Below, piece by piece: positions 46,415-50,847 of a stretch of 50,847 nucleotides of DNA. The DNA comes from a virus (taxonomy: Duplodnaviria > Caudoviricetes): positions 1-50,847 of IMG/VR virus record IMGVR_UViG_3300017747_005287. The stretch is one strand, 5' to 3'. Each line of letters begins with the position of its first letter. Position 1 is the first letter of the stretch. Made by a program: the position numbers and the translations under genes. The notes beneath the pieces were generated by a model. It was not told the DNA's origin. It ran no database searches and saw nothing but the letters and a program-made list of their open reading frames with translations.

Positions 46415-47566
46415 ATGGAAAATCAAGAATTGTTTAAGCAAGCAATCCTTGACGCAAAGGCTGTTCGTGAGACTGCTATGGCTGCCGCCAGAACTACTCT
46501 CGCCGAGCATTTTGAGCCTTTTATCAAGGAAACCATGGAGAAAGAACTCACAAAAGAAGAGGACGAAACCATGGAAGAGGCTACTGAAATGGAGGAAGCT
46601 AAAATGCATGACGATAAAAAAGAAATGCATAAAGAAACTACCGAAATGGAAGAAGCTACTCTAGATGAAATCCTAGCTGAATTAGACGCTCTTTCTGAAG
46701 AAAAAACTGAAGAAGGAGATGACACGCTTGAAGAAAAGCATGTTAAATCTGATGGCTACGATGGAAAAGCCGCTACACGCGAAACTGGTTATGATGAAAA
46801 AGCCAAAGTATCTCATGGCGATCACAAACTTCACGAAGCTGAAGATGATGAAAAAGAAGAAGAGGACGACGAAGCTGAAGAAGCTGGCGAAGACCTTACA
46901 AAAGACATCGAAGCTGGTGAAGGTACAGAAGAACAAGAAGTTGTTGACATTACTGTAGGAGAGCTTAAAGACATCATCCGTGATGTATTTATGCAACTTC
47001 AAGGTGGTGGTGGAGCTCTTGATGCTGGTACTGATCTTGCCGCTGATTTAGGTGGTGGTGAAGAAATGGAAGCAGGAGAAATTTCTCTTGACGAAATTCT
47101 TGCCGAACTTGAAAAAGAAGAAGGTAAAGGGGCAATGGAAGAAGGAGCAGAAGCTGGTGACATCCCCGGTGGAACTGGTAATCTTGCTCACGTTGCAAAA
47201 GTTGAAGAGATGAAGAAAGAGCTTAACGAGGCTGTTAAGACTATCAAAGCTCTTAAGACTGAATTGAATGAAATAAATCTTTTCAGCGCTAAACTTCTTT
47301 ACGTAAACAAAGTTTTCAAAGCTAAGAATCTTTCTGAAGCACAGAAAACTAAAGTAATCAACGCCTTTGATAGAGCAATCTCTGTTAAAGAAGTTGAAAA
47401 TACTTACAAGACTTTACTTGAGTCTTTAAGCGTAGAGAGCAAGAAATCTTCACTCAAAGAATCTGTAGGTTTCGCATCAAAACCAATTGGTAACGCTCCA
47501 GCTCGCCCAATTGTAGAAGCAGATGCCTTCGTATCAAGATGGCAAGTGCTTGCTGGAATAAAATAA
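46415..47566 (+). CDS. Prohead scaffolding protein (T4 gp22-like position)
   Basis: Very acidic, helical, repeated LDEILAEL, between protease and capsid; ends RWQVLAGIK. Confidence 0.85.
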   Translation: MENQELFKQAILDAKAVRETAMAAARTTLAEHFEPFIKETMEKELTKEEDETMEEATEMEEAKMHDDKKEMHKETTEMEEATLDEILAELDALSEEKTEEGDDTLEEKHVKSDGYDGKAATRETGYDEKAKVSHGDHKLHEAEDDEKEEEDDEAEEAGEDLTKDIEAGEGTEEQEVVDITVGELKDIIRDVFMQLQGGGGALDAGTDLAADLGGGEEMEAGEISLDEILAELEKEEGKGAMEEGAEAGDIPGGTGNLAHVAKVEEMKKELNEAVKTIKALKTELNEINLFSAKLLYVNKVFKAKNLSEAQKTKVINAFDRAISVKEVENTYKTLLESLSVESKKSSLKESVGFASKPIGNAPARPIVEADAFVSRWQVLAGIK

Positions 47567-47597
47567 TCAATTTTTAACCAAATTTTAATTTCACAAA

Positions 47598-49280
47598 ATG
47601 TCAAACTTAGTTAATTCTCTTCTAGAAAGCGCTAACCCTTACAACGACCAGTTGGGCGTTAGCCAGAAGCTTGCTAAGAAGTGGGCTAAATCAGGCCTTC
47701 TTGAGGGTTTGAAAGACTACGACCGCACTAATATGGCCGTAATTCTTGAAAACCAAGCTAAGCAGCTCGTACTCGAATCTTCTACAACTGGTGGTGGTGT
47801 TACCAACGGTGCTACCTTTACTCCTGGTAATGGTGAGCAGTGGGCTGGTGTCGCTCTTCCACTTGTACGTAAGATCTTCGGACAAATTGCATCTAAAGAA
47901 TTCGTTAGCGTACAGCCAATGAATCTTCCTGCTGGTCTAGTATTCTACTTAGATTTCCAGTACGGTAACAACGTACCTCTGCCTTTCGTAAAAGGACAGT
48001 CAGTTTATGGTACTTTAAACCAAACTCCAACTAGTGGATTTGGTAACTTAGCACAAGGTGGTCTTTATGGAACTGGTCGTTATGGCTATTCTATTAACCA
48101 GTTCTCTGCATCTGCTGGAACTGTAGTTACTACTGCTGCTAATTTCGAGCAAGTTAACTTTAACCAAGACTATTCTCAGTCTATCGTTGACGGCAAAATG
48201 ATTCAAATCGCCGTTCCTACTGCTTCTTTGAGCACTCCAGACCTTAACGGTATCCGTGCTTTCGAATTAAGTGGTAGCGGAGCTGTTGTTACCCCTGCAA
48301 CTTTGATCAATGAGTTTACTGCCCTTTCCGGCGGTAACATCTTGTTCTATGTAAGCGGTTCAAACGCAGCTGCTGTTGATGCTGTAACTGGATCAATCTG
48401 GGTATGGTATAACAAGCAAACCAATTTCCAAACTCGTGGTGATTTCGAAGATGCACCAACTGATACACCTACTCCGTTCTCTAACCCGAACGCTGCTGAT
48501 CCTGCATCTATCGTTATCCCTGAGATTAACGTACAGATGAAGTCAGAGACCATTTCTGCTAAGACTCGTAAGTTGAAAGCTCAATGGACTCCAGAATTCG
48601 CTCAAGATTTGAATGCTTATCATTCTCTTGATGCTGAAGCTGAATTGACTGGTATGCTTTCTGAGTATATCTCTCTTGAGATCGACCTTGAAATCCTAGA
48701 TATGCTTATCGAGAATGCACAAACAGTTGCTAACTGGTCTGCACAAATCGGTAACCAAATCAACGACGCAGGTACTGCTTACGTAAGCAATACTGCTGGT
48801 GCTTATTACAACCAAATGTCTTGGTTCCAAACTTTGGGTATCAAGCTTCAGGCTGTATCTAATAAGATCCATCAGTTAACTCTTCGTGGTGGTGCTAACT
48901 TCTTAGTATGTTCTCCAACTGTAGCTACAATTCTTGAGTCTATCCCAGGATTTGCTGCTGACACAGACGGAGCTGCAGATACTATGAAGTATGCGTTCGG
49001 TGTTCAGAAGATTGGAGCTCTTAACAGTCGTTACAAGGTTTACAAGAATCCTTACATGACTGAGAACACAATCCTTATGGGCTTCCGTGGTAACCAATTC
49101 CTAGAGTGTGGTGCCGTTTACGCTCCATACGTACCGTTAATCATGACACCTCTAGTGTACGATCCAAATACCTTCACTCCACGTAAAGGTATCATGACTC
49201 GTTACGCTAAGAAGATGATCCGTCCTGAGTACTACGGTAAGGTATATGTTGCTAATTTGAACGTAGCTCAAGCTAGCTAA
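47598..49280 (+). CDS. gp23: Major capsid protein (T4 gp23-like)
   Basis: VSVQPMNLPAGLVF, AKTRKLKAQWTPEFAQDL, YAPYVPL, FTPRKGIMTRY. Confidence 0.97.
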   Translation: MSNLVNSLLESANPYNDQLGVSQKLAKKWAKSGLLEGLKDYDRTNMAVILENQAKQLVLESSTTGGGVTNGATFTPGNGEQWAGVALPLVRKIFGQIASKEFVSVQPMNLPAGLVFYLDFQYGNNVPLPFVKGQSVYGTLNQTPTSGFGNLAQGGLYGTGRYGYSINQFSASAGTVVTTAANFEQVNFNQDYSQSIVDGKMIQIAVPTASLSTPDLNGIRAFELSGSGAVVTPATLINEFTALSGGNILFYVSGSNAAAVDAVTGSIWVWYNKQTNFQTRGDFEDAPTDTPTPFSNPNAADPASIVIPEINVQMKSETISAKTRKLKAQWTPEFAQDLNAYHSLDAEAELTGMLSEYISLEIDLEILDMLIENAQTVANWSAQIGNQINDAGTAYVSNTAGAYYNQMSWFQTLGIKLQAVSNKIHQLTLRGGANFLVCSPTVATILESIPGFAADTDGAADTMKYAFGVQKIGALNSRYKVYKNPYMTENTILMGFRGNQFLECGAVYAPYVPLIMTPLVYDPNTFTPRKGIMTRYAKKMIRPEYYGKVYVANLNVAQAS

Positions 49281-49302
49281 GGTACTTAGATAGCGAAAAT
49301 AC

Positions 49303-49332
49303 AAACCGGCCCCTAAAAAGGCCGGTTTTTTT
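49303..49332 (+). terminator. Rho-independent terminator after capsid gene
   Basis: aaaccggcc/ggccggttt stem plus T run. Confidence 0.9.
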
Positions 49333-49395
49333 ATTTGTATCTATATCAAGAGGTTATAAGATTTAACACTGTGAATTTTATTTGGAAAGCCTCAC

Positions 49396-49402
49396 TATTT
49401 AT
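49396..49402 (+). promoter_or_regulatory. TATTTAT motif (putative late promoter)
   Basis: Restarts transcription after the capsid terminator. Confidence 0.6.
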
Positions 49403-49417
49403 ATCAAATAGGTATAC

Positions 49418-50092
49418 ATGGTTCAGACAACAGTTACAAAGAAGAGAAAACTTAAGAATCCAATCAAATTCCAGGTTACACTTAACGAAGAACAGAAATC
49501 TGCAAAAGCACAGATTCTCGGGAATAAGATAACAGTTTTGAGAGGAGGTGCAGGATCTGGTAAATCGATGGTAGCAGCACAAGCTGCTCTTGATTTGCTC
49601 TTTACAGGTCAGGTTGAAAAGGTAATTTTAACAAGACCAGCCGTGACTGCAGGAGAAGAATTAGGTTTTATGCCTGGGGATAAAGATGCAAAACTTGCTC
49701 CTTACACAGCAGCAATATATGACAACATGTATAGGCTGTATAGCAAGGAGAAGATCGATAAAGAAATCATAGAAGGTAGGATTGAAGTCATTCCTGTAGC
49801 CTTTATGAGAGGTAGAAATTTAACGAATTGTTGTGTAGTAGTTGATGAAGGTCAAAATATTACACATAGGCAAATGGAGTTAATCTTGGGTAGAATATGT
49901 GAAGGCTCAAAAATGATAATATGCGGGGATACTGCTCAGATTGACTTAAAAGATAAGAGATTATCAGGTTTTGGATTTATTTGTAATAATTTGACAAGTG
50001 TAGAAGGCTTTTCAGTCGTGACTTTGAAAACAAATCACCGTGACCCGATCGTTGAAGACATTTTAAAAATATACACAGATCATAGAGACTAA
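49418..50092 (+). CDS. phoH: PhoH family ATPase
   Basis: GGAGSGKS, LTRP, LGFMPG, FMRGR, DEGQN, GDTAQIDL, HRDP. Confidence 0.95.
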   Translation: MVQTTVTKKRKLKNPIKFQVTLNEEQKSAKAQILGNKITVLRGGAGSGKSMVAAQAALDLLFTGQVEKVILTRPAVTAGEELGFMPGDKDAKLAPYTAAIYDNMYRLYSKEKIDKEIIEGRIEVIPVAFMRGRNLTNCCVVVDEGQNITHRQMELILGRICEGSKMIICGDTAQIDLKDKRLSGFGFICNNLTSVEGFSVVTLKTNHRDPIVEDILKIYTDHRD

Positions 50093-50097
50093 ATAAT

Positions 50098-50847
50098 ATG
50101 GCAAATCCTATAATTTACAACGGGAATCCAGGACCAATATCAGGAAGTACTCCTTTCGGCTTCTACGATAATAATACAGTATATCAATCTGATGGCCCTA
50201 AAGTTGCAAATTACGTAGCCTGGAAGTTAGGATACCCTGTACTTGACGTCGAATTACAGTCTGGATCAATTTATGCATGCTTTGAAGAAGCAGTTTCAAT
50301 TTATGCTGAAGAGCTCTATCAATTAAAAATCAAAGATAACTATTTAACCCTCGAAGGGCAGCCAACTTCTTCCCTACTTAATAATACTGTAGTTTCACCA
50401 AACCTGACTAATCTTGTTAATATAGCAGAAACTTACGGACAAGTAGCAGGAGTAGGAGGATTTGTAAGTTGGAAAAGCGGTTCATTAGAATTGATATCAG
50501 GGCAACAAAATTACAATGTATACGATTGGGCAGTTGCATCCCAAAGTATGGATCCTGGAGATAGAATTATTATTCAAAGGGTAATGTATCAAGCTCCCCC
50601 TGCAATTTACGGATACGGTTATGGAGCTTATTACCCCCAGCTAGGAGGATCAGGTGCATGGCCTGGGGATTGGGGCGGATATGGAGGTATGGGATATGGC
50701 GGAAATAACAGTGTAACTTACTATCCTGTTTTCTGGGATATTCAAAGAATTCAGGAGTTAGAGATGTCAAATGATGTACGTTTACCTGAATGGAGCTTTG
50801 AACTCATAGGTACTAACTTAAGAGTAACACCAGTACCTATCGGCAAC
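50098..50847 (+). CDS. gp13: Neck protein (T4 gp13-like), truncated by window end
   Basis: Open frame from ATG 50098: MANPIIYNG...KLGYPVLDVEL...CFEEAV, resembling the gp13 LGAP.I.VEL motif; no stop before the end. Confidence 0.7.
   Translation, partial: MANPIIYNGNPGPISGSTPFGFYDNNTVYQSDGPKVANYVAWKLGYPVLDVELQSGSIYACFEEAVSIYAEELYQLKIKDNYLTLEGQPTSSLLNNTVVSPNLTNLVNIAETYGQVAGVGGFVSWKSGSLELISGQQNYNVYDWAVASQSMDPGDRIIIQRVMYQAPPAIYGYGYGAYYPQLGGSGAWPGDWGGYGGMGYGGNNSVTYYPVFWDIQRIQELEMSNDVRLPEWSFELIGTNLRVTPVPIGN

Noticed and set aside
4306-50770. Minus-strand ORFs and short alternate-frame plus ORFs in the track
   Set aside because: Nearly all lie inside or overlap well-supported + strand genes, lack recognisable motifs and look like shadow ORFs
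1-50847. Stop-codon reassignment, introns or inteins in terminase, portal or capsid
   Set aside because: Genes are intact and densely packed under the standard code; no intein motifs or split core genes seen
1-50847. CRISPR array, tRNA genes, reverse transcriptase, DGR or retron
   Set aside because: No spaced repeats, cloverleaf with T-loop, or RT motifs found by eye; the 2038-2190 structure has no adjacent RT

Overview
A 50.8 kb segment of a large, AT-rich, T4-like (myovirus-type) bacteriophage genome, with every credible gene on the + strand. Left end (1-9.4 kb): small early genes behind Bacteroidota-type TTG-N20-TA promoters (DUF932, Cys/His peptidase-like, membrane micro-ORFs), a predicted ~150-nt rod-shaped ncRNA, a GT2 + LpxH-like cassette, glutaredoxin, an HD protein and a gp55-like late sigma factor. 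Then come baseplate genes (gp5-like, gp25, gp6, large wedge/fibre proteins), GIY-YIG nuclease, primase and exonuclease. After these lie a ~10 kb cluster of uncharacterised proteins with a GH19 lysin, and the head module (terminase, portal, gp21 protease, scaffold, gp23 capsid), phoH and a truncated gp13 neck gene. Most notable signals: (1) an apparent capsid-cargo addressing system, in which about 15 unrelated proteins share short N-terminal leaders ending in gp21-type L/I-x-E sites, some reusing the scaffold C-terminal LAGI motif and one carrying a 17/22 copy of the mature capsid N-arm; (2) a [ST]-[GAS]-S tripeptide enriched in outer virion proteins, a candidate glycosylation sequon; (3) a TATTTAT motif, the reverse complement of the T4 late promoter core, in front of 15 genes; (4) the rod-like ncRNA and a triple-hairpin scaffold leader. 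All family assignments come from motif recognition by eye; no database search was run.
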